A stretch of 32,000 nt of DNA from Candidatus Baldrarchaeum yapensis (GTDB lineage: Archaea > Asgardarchaeota > Baldrarchaeia > Baldrarchaeales > Baldrarchaeaceae), in contig JAEOSH010000017.1 in NCBI GenBank assembly GCA_016840465.1, positions 5,506 to 37,505 on the forward strand, in the 5' to 3' direction. The position numbers and the translations under genes were made by a program. Of this stretch, positions 19,741 to 27,715 are shown one piece after another (positions within the stretch are counted from its first letter, which is position 1; each line of letters opens with the position of its first letter). The notes beneath the pieces are model-generated. The model was not told the DNA's origin. It saw nothing but the letters and a program-made list of their open reading frames with translations, and did not search any database.

Positions 19741-20670
19741 ATGATGCTAAAGAACGTAATATTAATAACAATTGATTGCTTGAGACCCGATCATTTGAAC
19801 TGCTACGGATATAAGCGTATAACGTCTCCGTTTATAAGTTCATTAGCGCGAACCGGCTGGATTTTCACAAATTTCTTTGCAAACTCTTCTTACACGTGTG
19901 CATCAATAGCCTCAATGATCACCAGCACATATCCCTTTGACTACGGCGAGTACCTCGAGTTCTCCACACCCGCAAGATTGTCTAAAAAGAGACTATTATT
20001 ATCAGAAGTTTTGAAAAAGTACGGCTACTCAACGGCATTCTTTCACGATAACCCGTACTTATCACCAATATTCGGCTACAACAGGGGATTTGATGTTTGT
20101 ATAGACTTTGGAAGAAAGGTGCTCAGTAGCATTAGATCCAAAAGAAGATTCCTCAATTTAATGTTCAAAAATAAGAAGATACAAGATCTGCTCTGGAAGA
20201 TAAAGGATTTCGTCCTTCTGATAGATTGGTTCATACGAGGAAAACCTATACGGACCGATGCCGAAACAATATTGCGAGAAGCTTATAAGTGGTCACGGAA
20301 GGCTAGCCGACCCTTCTTCCTCTGGATGCACCTCATGGATACTCACATACCGTATTCACCCAAGCATGAGGTGCTCAAACAATTCGGTATAAGCAAGCTC
20401 AGAGCCGCCATGATACTGTACAAACAGATATTCAGGAAGAATATTTCAAAAGAAGAAGTACGTCTGGTAAAACTATTATACGACTCTCAGATATATCAAA
20501 TCGACCAGGCATTGGCAAAATATCTGCCTAAGATGGTCAATCACGACTTCGAAGATACTTACATAATAATTACAGCAGATCACGGAGAAGAGTTCTTCGA
20601 AAACGGAAGAATAGGGCACTCAGGCGTCTTAACTGATACGCTACTACGCGTGCCACTGATAATATGTGGT
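19741..20670 (+). pseudogene. Sulfatase-like (alkaline phosphatase superfamily) gene, 5' part, interrupted by IS607 element 1
   Basis: ITIDCLRPDH, FFLWMHLMDTHIPY, YDSQI, TADHGEEF, GH, LRVPLII; continues after the IS. Confidence 0.85.
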
Positions 20671-20730
20671 GGGCTGAAACGTATAGTGTTGCATTCGTAG
20701 CATTTAAGTACTTTTGTTGCATCAGATGAT

Positions 20731-21345
20731 GTGATGACAAAATTATATAGAACTGGGAAGGTTGCGGAGATTCTTGGAGTAAATAGAGTTACGGTAATTA
20801 GGTGGATTAAGCAAGGTAAGATTAAAGCGGTGAGAGTTGGTAAAGAGTATAGGATTCCAGAAGATGAAGTGAAAAGATTACTTAAAGGTAAGGTTATTAA
20901 TACAGCGGTTATTTATGCTCGTGTGAGTTCTTCAGACCAAAGGAGCGATTTGGAGAGGCAAGTTGAATATCTTAAGGAGTATTGCACAGCTAGAGGATAC
21001 AATGTAGTTGGTATTCTAGCAGATATTGCTTCTGGATTAAATGAAAAGCGAAGAGGTTTGAAAAAGCTGTTTGAATACGTTGTAAACGGAAAGGTTGACG
21101 TTGTAGTAATCAGCTACAAGGATAGACTTACGAGATTTGGGTTCAGGTATTTAGAAGAGTTCTTCAACTCACATGGAGTTAGAATTGAAGTCGTTTTCGG
21201 AGAAGAACCTAAGGATTTACAGCAAGAGCTAATTGAAGACTTAATTGCCATTGTAACATCATTTGCTGGTCGATTATACGGAATGAGAAGTCATAAAAAG
21301 AAGAAGGTGGTAGAGAGTGTCAAGCAAGCGATCAGAGACTGTTAA
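20731..21345 (+). CDS. tnpA: IS607 transposase TnpA (MerR-like HTH + serine recombinase)
   Basis: LYRTGKVAEILGV HTH, IYARVSS catalytic Ser, [25 protein letters not shown]. Confidence 0.95.
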   Translation: MMTKLYRTGKVAEILGVNRVTVIRWIKQGKIKAVRVGKEYRIPEDEVKRLLKGKVINTAVIYARVSSSDQRSDLERQVEYLKEYCTARGYNVVGILADIASGLNEKRRGLKKLFEYVVNGKVDVVVISYKDRLTRFGFRYLEEFFNSHGVRIEVVFGEEPKDLQQELIEDLIAIVTSFAGRLYGMRSHKKKKVVESVKQAIRDC

Positions 21346-22627
21346 ACTCACGGCAAGGTTCAAACTCGATGGTGAAGTAGATGAGAGACTGTTCGAAACG
21401 TACAAACGGATTGTCAATGAATTGTTGGATTACGCTCATTCCAAAGGAATTACCTCGTTCAAGAGACTGAAGTCCGAAAAATATCACGAGTTGAGGCAAG
21501 AGTACCCCGAATTGCCGTCTCATTACATTTACACGGCGTGCCAGATGGCTTGCTCCATCTATAAGTCGTTTAGAAAGCTTAAAAGAAAGGGAAAGACAAA
21601 ATCCGAAAAACCATTACTAAGGAAAGATGTAATTATGCTTGATGACCACCTGTTTAAGCTAGACTTGGAAAAATGGAAAGTCAGAATTTCTGTTCCCGAT
21701 GGAAAATTGGAGTTTAAGCTTTTGCATGGAGAGTATCACGAGAGATTTAAGGACTGGAAGGTCGGTCAGGCATGGCTGGTCAGAAAGCCTGACGGAGTTT
21801 ATCTGAACGTAGTATTCTCAAAGAATGTCGAGATGCTACATTGTGTGGATGTCATAGGTGTTGACGTGAACGAAAACAACATTACTGTTGCGACCAATCG
21901 GGGCTTTGTGAACTTTGGGACGAGAGAAAGGGTAATTAGAACCGCTTACTTCCTGAAGAGAAGGAGAATCCAAACCAAGATTAAGAGCAAGAGGGTTAAA
22001 GCTAGGATTTTGGCAAAATATCGTGATAGGGAAAGAAACAGGGTTCTGGACATTTACCATAAAGTTGCTAATGAAATTGTCAGATTGGCATTAAAAATGA
22101 GGTCTGCAATAGCCCTAGAAAGTCTCAAAGAAATAAGGAGTAGGATAAACTACTCAAAGGAGCTGAACGGAAGGTTGCATAGATGGAGTTTCAGGAGATT
22201 TCAACAAATATTGGAGTACAAGGCTAAACTCAATGGTATTGCGGTTATTTATGTCGATCCTCACAAAACCTCCCGCCTCTGCCCGATATGTGGGAGGAAG
22301 CTAAGCCCGAATGGGCGGAGGCGGTTGAAGTGCGAATGCGGGCTGGTTGCTGATAGAGATGTCATCGGTAGTTGGAATATCAGATTGAGAGGTTTGAGAT
22401 CTTTAAAGATAGATGTGGGGAGCACCGTTCCCCCCGAAAGCCCGTCGATGAACCCCGAGACGGGAAGACTCTCCGCTACACATGCATCAAAAGTTGTGAA
22501 AGTAGCGGAGAGTCAGAACGGGTTTAAAGCACAAAGTGATCGACATAAAGGCATCCCTAATAGACCTTGCACCCACAATATTGGATCTTCTCGGATTGAA
22601 AATTCCACGCCGCTTCAAAGGAACTAG
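21317..22627 (+). CDS. tnpB: TnpB RNA-guided endonuclease with intact RuvC triad; ORF reads 35 codons past the element end
   Basis: RuvC-I GVDVN, RuvC-II ALESL, zinc finger CPICG...CECG, RuvC-III ADRDVIGSWN. Confidence 0.93.
   Translation: MSSKRSETVKLTARFKLDGEVDERLFETYKRIVNELLDYAHSKGITSFKRLKSEKYHELRQEYPELPSHYIYTACQMACSIYKSFRKLKRKGKTKSEKPLLRKDVIMLDDHLFKLDLEKWKVRISVPDGKLEFKLLHGEYHERFKDWKVGQAWLVRKPDGVYLNVVFSKNVEMLHCVDVIGVDVNENNITVATNRGFVNFGTRERVIRTAYFLKRRRIQTKIKSKRVKARILAKYRDRERNRVLDIYHKVANEIVRLALKMRSAIALESLKEIRSRINYSKELNGRLHRWSFRRFQQILEYKAKLNGIAVIYVDPHKTSRLCPICGRKLSPNGRRRLKCECGLVADRDVIGSWNIRLRGLRSLKIDVGSTVPPESPSMNPETGRLSATHASKVVKVAESQNGFKAQSDRHKGIPNRPCTHNIGSSRIENSTPLQRN
22412..22520 (+). ncRNA. 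Putative omegaRNA scaffold of element 1 (guide would be the flank from about 22521)
   Basis: Overlaps the tnpB 3' end; CCCGTC-GATGAACCCCGA-GACGGG stem-loop and a 13-bp perfect inverted repeat 22467-22479 / 22502-22514 next to the element end. Boundaries inferred. Confidence 0.65.
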
Positions 22628-22706
22628 CCTCTTAAGAAAGAAAAAATCGGATAAAGTAATAGCTCAGGGAATATTCCGTGGAGTGAGATACCAAAGAATA
22701 ATCTAA
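22521..22706 (+). pseudogene. Sulfatase-like gene, 3' part
   Basis: GLKHKVIDIKASLIDLAPTILDLLGLKIPRRFKGTSLL...stop; joins in frame with 19741-20670 when the IS and one GG are removed. Confidence 0.85.
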
Positions 22707-22722
22707 TCTGATTCTTCGATAA

Positions 22723-22805
22723 CTATATCTGACCATAACGGTGTACCTTCCTTTTGCTCTTATAAAAATCTATCAAGACGTCCGATCGATGAGAATCTTC
22801 TCCAT
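22723..22805 (-). pseudogene. Frameshifted, truncated PIN/VapC toxin remnant
   Basis: MEKILID, then a one-base frameshift into DVLIDFYKSKRK...; overlaps the antitoxin 3' end as in vapBC pairs. Confidence 0.55.
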
Positions 22806-23041
22806 TCCGCTTCCCTCACCCGCCCTGCATAATCCTCGGCAGCCTCTATACTGACACTGGCCAGAATTTCCTTCACCTCATCCCCCAGATCCTCCAGCAA
22901 CTCCTCGCTACTGATGATGCCCTCAAGCCTCCTAACGTAGTCTATGATCGCCTTTCGGGCAACCTCGCTCCACTTAACCTCCGGATGCTTCTTCATAAGC
23001 TCGTAGATCTCCTCGGGTATCGATAATGTTATGTTTGGCAT
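22760..23041 (-). CDS. CopG/ribbon-helix-helix antitoxin-like protein
   Basis: MPNITLSIPEEIYELMKKHPEVKWSEVARKAI RHH pattern; real start ATG 23041, not 23368. Confidence 0.8.
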   Translation of the reverse strand: MPNITLSIPEEIYELMKKHPEVKWSEVARKAIIDYVRRLEGIISSEELLEDLGDEVKEILASVSIEAAEDYAGRVREAEWRRFSSIGRLDRFL

Positions 23042-23149
23042 ATGTGTAGTACGTGATTCCACATGTTTAAGTATGCCTCTGCAGTGAAAATGGGATGAGC
23101 ACCTAAGATGTGGTTGCCCGTGCGTTATCTTTTGGAAACTAAGGGTATT

Positions 23150-23302
23150 TTGGGAACCCGCACGGGCTTCCCCCTCGGCCGCCTCATCCCTCTTCGGCGG
23201 CCCATCGGGGGCCACATCGACGGGCACCACGGGGCCCGCCTCACGTGCGATCCGCCCACGCCTGATCGGGGCCGCCCGATCATCGGCACGGGCACCACGA
23301 TC
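23150..23302 (-). ncRNA. Candidate GC-rich structured non-coding RNA with its own TATA box
   Basis: TTTTATAAA at 23318-23326; stems GCCCGTGCC/GGCGTGGGC, GATCGGG/CCCGATC, GGCCGCC/GGCGGCC, CCCCC/GGGGG; GATGA motifs; 12-bp direct repeat at 23220 and 23288. Confidence 0.5.
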
Positions 23303-23690
23303 AATGCCCCAGCCGGGTTTATAAAAGTTGGAGTTTCCACGATGGTTGAAAGTACCGGCAATATTCATCCTAGTGAATAGTCCTTAACTTCCCCTTCTTA
23401 GATCCTTAACTGTTATTGCCACGTCTATTGACGCAATCACTAATGCCACGGGTATAAGATACATTTCCAGCATCATGTAAGCCAATGGTCCACTCCTCAA
23501 CCATCTGGTTGGTCTCTCAACCGGATTGTTCCTCCAAAGGTAGTTACTTAACCTCTGATAGGTTCTGTGCGCAGCCTCTAGTTACGTTGACAAAAACAAT
23601 CTTTTGGCGGCTCAATTCACCAGAAAAATCCGTATATATCAGCACACTCAAAATAGGAATCTGGAGATTCTGTGTAAGGGAGTGAGCGGC

Positions 23691-24495
23691 ATGCCATACG
23701 CGAAAGTACGTGACATAAATATCTATTACGAAATTCATGGATGATGGCTTTCCCCTAGTGATGATAATGGGGCTAAGCGCAAATAAGGATTGGTGGCCAC
23801 CGCAATTGGTAAGGAAATTATCGGAAAAGTACAAGGTGGTGCTGTTTGATAATCGTGGCGCCGGCCGTAGTGATAAGCCGGATGCTCCATACACTATAAG
23901 GATGCTCGCAGACGATGCTGTGGGATTGATGGATGCTCTTGGAATAGAGCGCGCCCACATCTTTGGGGTCTCGATGGGCGGGATGATTGCTCAAGAAATC
24001 GCAATAAACTACCCCGAGAGGGTCGAGAAATTGATACTCGGTTGTACGACATGTGGTGCTGGCCGAATGGTCCCTCCATCACAAGAGGTTCTTCGAATGC
24101 TAACGAGAACACGTGCTGAAATGAACCCAGAGGAGTACGCAAGGAAGTATGTTGCCCCTCTACTGTTTACGAAGGAGACATTAGAAAAGCGCCCAGATAT
24201 TGTGGAGACATTTGTGAAGTCGTACTCGATAGCCCCCATTCCTGACTTCTCGTACAGGAGACAGCTTGAGGCGGTCCTTGCGCATAATGCATGTGACAGG
24301 TTGCACATGATAAAGGCACCGACATTAATTCTTCACGGGAAAAAGGATATTTTAGTTCCCCCCGAGAATGCAAACATTCTCGCTGAGTTAATTCCCAACT
24401 CAAAGGTTGTGATATTCGAAAATGCCGCACATGCATTCATAGCCGAGGCGCTGGAAGAGACGTGCAGTGCAATTCTCGAGTTCCTAGAGAAATGA
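23691..24495 (+). pseudogene. Alpha/beta hydrolase (enol-lactonase/PcaD-like) with a +1 frameshift near 23742
   Basis: MPYAKVRDINIYYEIHG* in one frame continues as DGFPLVMIMGL in another; GVSMGG, HGKKD, AAH triad intact downstream. May be a sequencing error. Confidence 0.75.
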
Positions 24496-24565
24496 TAAAA
24501 AAGCCGCAAAAGATTTTCCGAAAACTACAATCACGAAGATCCGATCCCTGATGCACATTAAGGCG

Positions 24566-25444
24566 TTACAGCATTGTTTCTTTTTCTTTAAAGCTTCCCC
24601 CATATAGAGATGAAATTCCCATTGATGTCACTATCATCGCCGCCCCTATGATTTGAGTAACTGTCAGTTTTTCAAACAGAAAAATGTACGCAAAGATGGC
24701 TGCCGCTACAGGTTCAAATAGGAATATTATTGCTGTTGCGGCCGGGCTAACGAACCTCTGACCATATACTTGGAGTATAAAGGCACCATCGCTGCACATG
24801 ATGCTCAAATAAAATATGAGCATCAGTATCGTCATGTCTATACCCTCCATTCCACCGCCTACAAGCATTGAGGGCACGAAGAACGCCAAGGCAGGAATCA
24901 TTTCAAAGAACGTGAAAACAATAGGATCCGTTTCACTAAACCTATCAACTATTATCACTTGGGCCGCCCATGCAATAGCACCCAGCAGAACAAGAGCATC
25001 ACCAATGCCGAACCCCCCCGCTGGCGCAGTTAGCAAATATAATCCTGTTATGGCAAGGAGCAGAGACACTGATAACTCAATGCTATATTTTCTCAAAACC
25101 ACAGCCGTGTATATGTGAACAAAGACTGCATTTAATCCCGTTATGAAAGCAGAGTTCGAAGCCGTAGTGTACCTAGTCCCCCATCCCTGAAGCCACAGGC
25201 CAATAGCATATGCAATACCGGCCAATAGACCTCCTCTGATCGATTGACGGGATATTCCTTGGTTCTTACGGGTGTAAATCACGTAAGGTAGTAGAAGAAT
25301 TAGAGCTATTAAACTTCTAGTCCACACATAGGTGTATTCGCTAATGCTCGAAACAACAACTTTTATTGCCGGAAATGAAGTCCCCCACAATACAGTCGTT
25401 GCGATCAGGGCAGCGACCCCTTTTGTTTTAGACATGCTTACCAC
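24566..25444 (-). CDS. DMT/EamA-family transporter
   Basis: LWGTSFPAIK, TTASNSAFITGL, GDALVLLGAIAWA, EPVAAAIFAYIFLFEKL; about 10 hydrophobic segments. Confidence 0.92.
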   Translation of the reverse strand: MVSMSKTKGVAALIATTVLWGTSFPAIKVVVSSISEYTYVWTRSLIALILLLPYVIYTRKNQGISRQSIRGGLLAGIAYAIGLWLQGWGTRYTTASNSAFITGLNAVFVHIYTAVVLRKYSIELSVSLLLAITGLYLLTAPAGGFGIGDALVLLGAIAWAAQVIIVDRFSETDPIVFTFFEMIPALAFFVPSMLVGGGMEGIDMTILMLIFYLSIMCSDGAFILQVYGQRFVSPAATAIIFLFEPVAAAIFAYIFLFEKLTVTQIIGAAMIVTSMGISSLYGGSFKEKETML

Positions 25445-25619
25445 CGCATAAAGCGATAACTCTCATGTTAGCATCAACCTTTCTGCGTGTTATTTCATAG
25501 AACACTCTCTGAAACTCTTTGAAGTTTACCGTCAGAGGGGGCCCACCAAAAGGTTGTCATTCGTCAAGCCTTACACTTCAATCGTCCCCGCTTTATGCGC
25601 TCAAGGATCCGCTAGCGCC

Positions 25620-25808
25620 CAAGGGGTTCAGCGGATGTCCGCATTGATGAGCAGACATCCGCCTTGGGACGCATCAACCTCAACTCCCTCGGGGTTCATC
25701 GGGAGTAAATCATCGGTCTCGCCCCCTTTCGGGGTAACCCCTCTCCTTCTCAGGATTGGCTCGATTAATTCGAGCCAAACCTTCATTGAAGGAGGAAAAC
25801 CCCACATC
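25620..25808 (-). ncRNA. Putative omegaRNA scaffold of element 2
   Basis: Begins GATGTGGGG like element 1; hairpins 25756-25778 and 25723-25734 (GAAA loop), ACTCCC-GATGAACCCCGA-GGGAGT, terminal 12-bp stem 25631-25662 closed by CCCAAGG/CCTTGGG. Confidence 0.65.
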
Positions 25809-26576
25809 GTTTGTCCCTCTTATACTCCACTTTTTAAGCCAATACTTAATAGTAGTTCTATGGACTCCAAGCTTTTTGGCAAGTTCATTCAAAGTTAACC
25901 CTTGTCTTAAATATTCAACAAGCCTATCCTTGTCTACAGCCCCTCTTCTATAAGGCTTTCTGATTACTTGCATATTACCAAGTAATTCTTGAAGCTTTTG
26001 TTTACGGGTCTTATTCTTCATGTAATTGATAACCTTTCTACCCAACCTTATTATGTCCCTTTTTCTATAGATGGAAAGAGCGAATTCTGCTCCATTTTTG
26101 TGAACACATGGATGATAGTTATACTTAAGTAACTTGCATCTCATCTTCTCTAGCCATGTCTTATCGGTGTTTAATATTCGTATCTCGCCCTCCCCAGTTT
26201 TAATACGTTTGCGGAACCTTATATTTCCATCACCATCTATTGCTCCTGCTATGTATGCGTATAATTCCTCCTCATTTTCGGGTACACTTTTCTTTGAAGA
26301 AAGTAAGAACTCAAATGATGGGTCTAATATAGCGTATCTATAGCTCATCGGAAGTCCAGTCTTTTTGTCTATAGTGTCTGTAGAATTTACCTTAGTGTAC
26401 TTACCAAAAACTTCTTCAAAAATCTCTAAAATCTCCTGTCAGGTACTTCCTACAATCACTTCAATTTGTTCTCCTAATCGTCTCACGAAAATGTCTGTAG
26501 CACAGAGCCCCATCATGTAAGCTCTTTCAACCATATCTGGTGGCGCTATCTTTTTTGTTATGTTACTTCTAGCCAT
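25710..26576 (-). pseudogene. Two-motif LAGLIDADG homing endonuclease with C-terminal HTH; in-frame TGA at codon 46
   Basis: ATG 26576 after GGAGGTG; motif 1 RAYMMGLCATD, motif 2 YAYIAGAIDGDGNI; HTH GLTLNELAKKLGVHRTTIKYWL; stop at 26439-26441; the 212-aa ORF 25710-26348 is the downstream part. Confidence 0.8.
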
Positions 26577-27715
26577 GTTACACCTCCTCTATCAAGTAAC
26601 CTTTTCACGTATTTCCATGAATTTAGGCATGGTTTCATATCTTTCATCCTTAGGTATAAGTTTATAGAAGCATTCAACTGTCTGTTAATAATCAACCTAC
26701 ACTTAATACATTCCAAAACCTGCCCCTTTCGGTGCTTCATTCTTCCACCACATCTGGAGCAGATTTTAGTTGAATTACGAGGATCTAACAACTTTACATT
26801 AGCTTTATAACTCATTAGAGCTATTATCTGCTTCCAATTTTGTTTAGAAACAACTCTATTGTGTATTTTACATTTACCAAACATTCCCTGCTTTTCTAAG
26901 TTCTCAAATCCATGCTCGTAATCTTTGAACTCTTTAGCGAGCTTAGTTGTTAGCTTATGTAGAAAATCTTTAACTCTATTTCTGTATCTTTGAGAATACT
27001 TCTGCATAAGCCTTTTAGCAGTTTTTGGCTTAGTTTTACTCAAGCTCTGGATTTTTCTTCTCTTGTTCTCATAAGTTATGTGTAAAGTGTATAGTGGTTT
27101 TAAGTTCACTCTAATCCATCCTCTATCGCAAAATCCGTCCATGCTAAGCAGATTTAGATCCCAAGCAATTTTCTTCTTTGGAGTATAATTAACGGGTTTT
27201 CTGAACGTTATAATTAACTCATTCTCCTTGAGTATTAACTCTCCTAAATCGCAACCTTCAACTCTTTTCCTGAACCAAGCTTTTGACAGGTCAAATTCAA
27301 GATAAAGCTGACGAGGTCTTATCGTAATTACGATTTTCTCATCTCTGAATCTGTAAAGTGTTTCTTTTACTCTGACGAACTTCCTTTTTACTACAGGTTT
27401 ATTTCTTCCCCTCTTTCCTTTGATGTAATTCCTCCTCCACGAGCTTAAAATTGAATAAGCAGTTTTTATTGCTGAATCTACGTAATGTGATGCGTAATTC
27501 CAATCTTTAAGCAATTGATTTCTTAAAGTTCTTTTAAATTCTTTAGATTTTGGAATTATTGGAATTAACCTATTTCTCTTCTTTTTCCATTCTATGCTGT
27601 CCCAAATTATATCTATCGCTCTTTGTAGAAGATACCTGTAGCTACTTAAAAATTCGCTTATATCGTAGTCGTGTCTTACTTTGTAGCTAACAATCCTGTA
27701 TGAGTTTCTTTGCAC
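26558..27715 (-). CDS. tnpB: TnpB of element 2 (RuvC-III Asp replaced by Gln; substituted C-terminus)
   Basis: RuvC-I AWDLN, RuvC-II GFENL, zinc finger CSRCG...CIKC, Ruv[13 protein letters not shown]. Confidence 0.9.
   Translation of the reverse strand: MQRNSYRIVSYKVRHDYDISEFLSSYRYLLQRAIDIIWDSIEWKKKRNRLIPIIPKSKEFKRTLRNQLLKDWNYASHYVDSAIKTAYSILSSWRRNYIKGKRGRNKPVVKRKFVRVKETLYRFRDEKIVITIRPRQLYLEFDLSKAWFRKRVEGCDLGELILKENELIITFRKPVNYTPKKKIAWDLNLLSMDGFCDRGWIRVNLKPLYTLHITYENKRRKIQSLSKTKPKTAKRLMQKYSQRYRNRVKDFLHKLTTKLAKEFKDYEHGFENLEKQGMFGKCKIHNRVVSKQNWKQIIALMSYKANVKLLDPRNSTKICSRCGGRMKHRKGQVLECIKCRLIINRQLNASINLYLRMKDMKPCLNSWKYVKRLLDRGGVTWLEVT

Larger units (their letters stand above)
20673..22520 (+). 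mobile_element. IS607-family element 1 (tnpA + tnpB, 1848 bp)
   Basis: Serine-recombinase tnpA overlapping tnpB; flanked by GG at 20671-72 and 22521-22; excision restores the sulfatase frame; TGTTGCAT repeats near the left end (20687, 20715). Confidence 0.9.

Noticed and set aside
23150-23302. SRP RNA, RNase P RNA or tRNA identity for the GC-rich segment
   Set aside because: Too short and lacking the SRP GCCAGG-CCCGGAAGGGAGCA and RNase P GAGGAAAGUCC signatures; no cloverleaf or T-loop.
23042-23368. N-terminal 109 codons of the 202-aa ORF 22760-23368 and the overlapping 78- and 90-aa ORFs
   Set aside because: Low-complexity Arg/Pro/Gly translations of the GC-rich structured segment; the recognisable RHH protein starts at 23041 with its own TATA-like box.
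23380-23580. Minus-strand frame ending in a short hydrophobic peptide (MMLEMYLIPVALVIASIDVAITVKDLRRGS)
   Set aside because: Very short, no clear ribosome site or family signal; cannot be told from chance.
26439-26441. TGA read as selenocysteine or programmed readthrough
   Set aside because: The position is not a Cys-equivalent or catalytic site, and no SECIS-like element is identifiable; a nonsense mutation or sequencing error is simpler.
25809-26648. LAGLIDADG insert as an rRNA-type bulge-helix-bulge intron or a group I intron (IStron)
   Set aside because: No rRNA or tRNA context; I found no convincing BHB pairing at the junctions (only a 7-bp CTTATAC/GTATAAG match); the insert is almost fully coding with no room for a group I core. 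Splicing is not excluded without RT-PCR.
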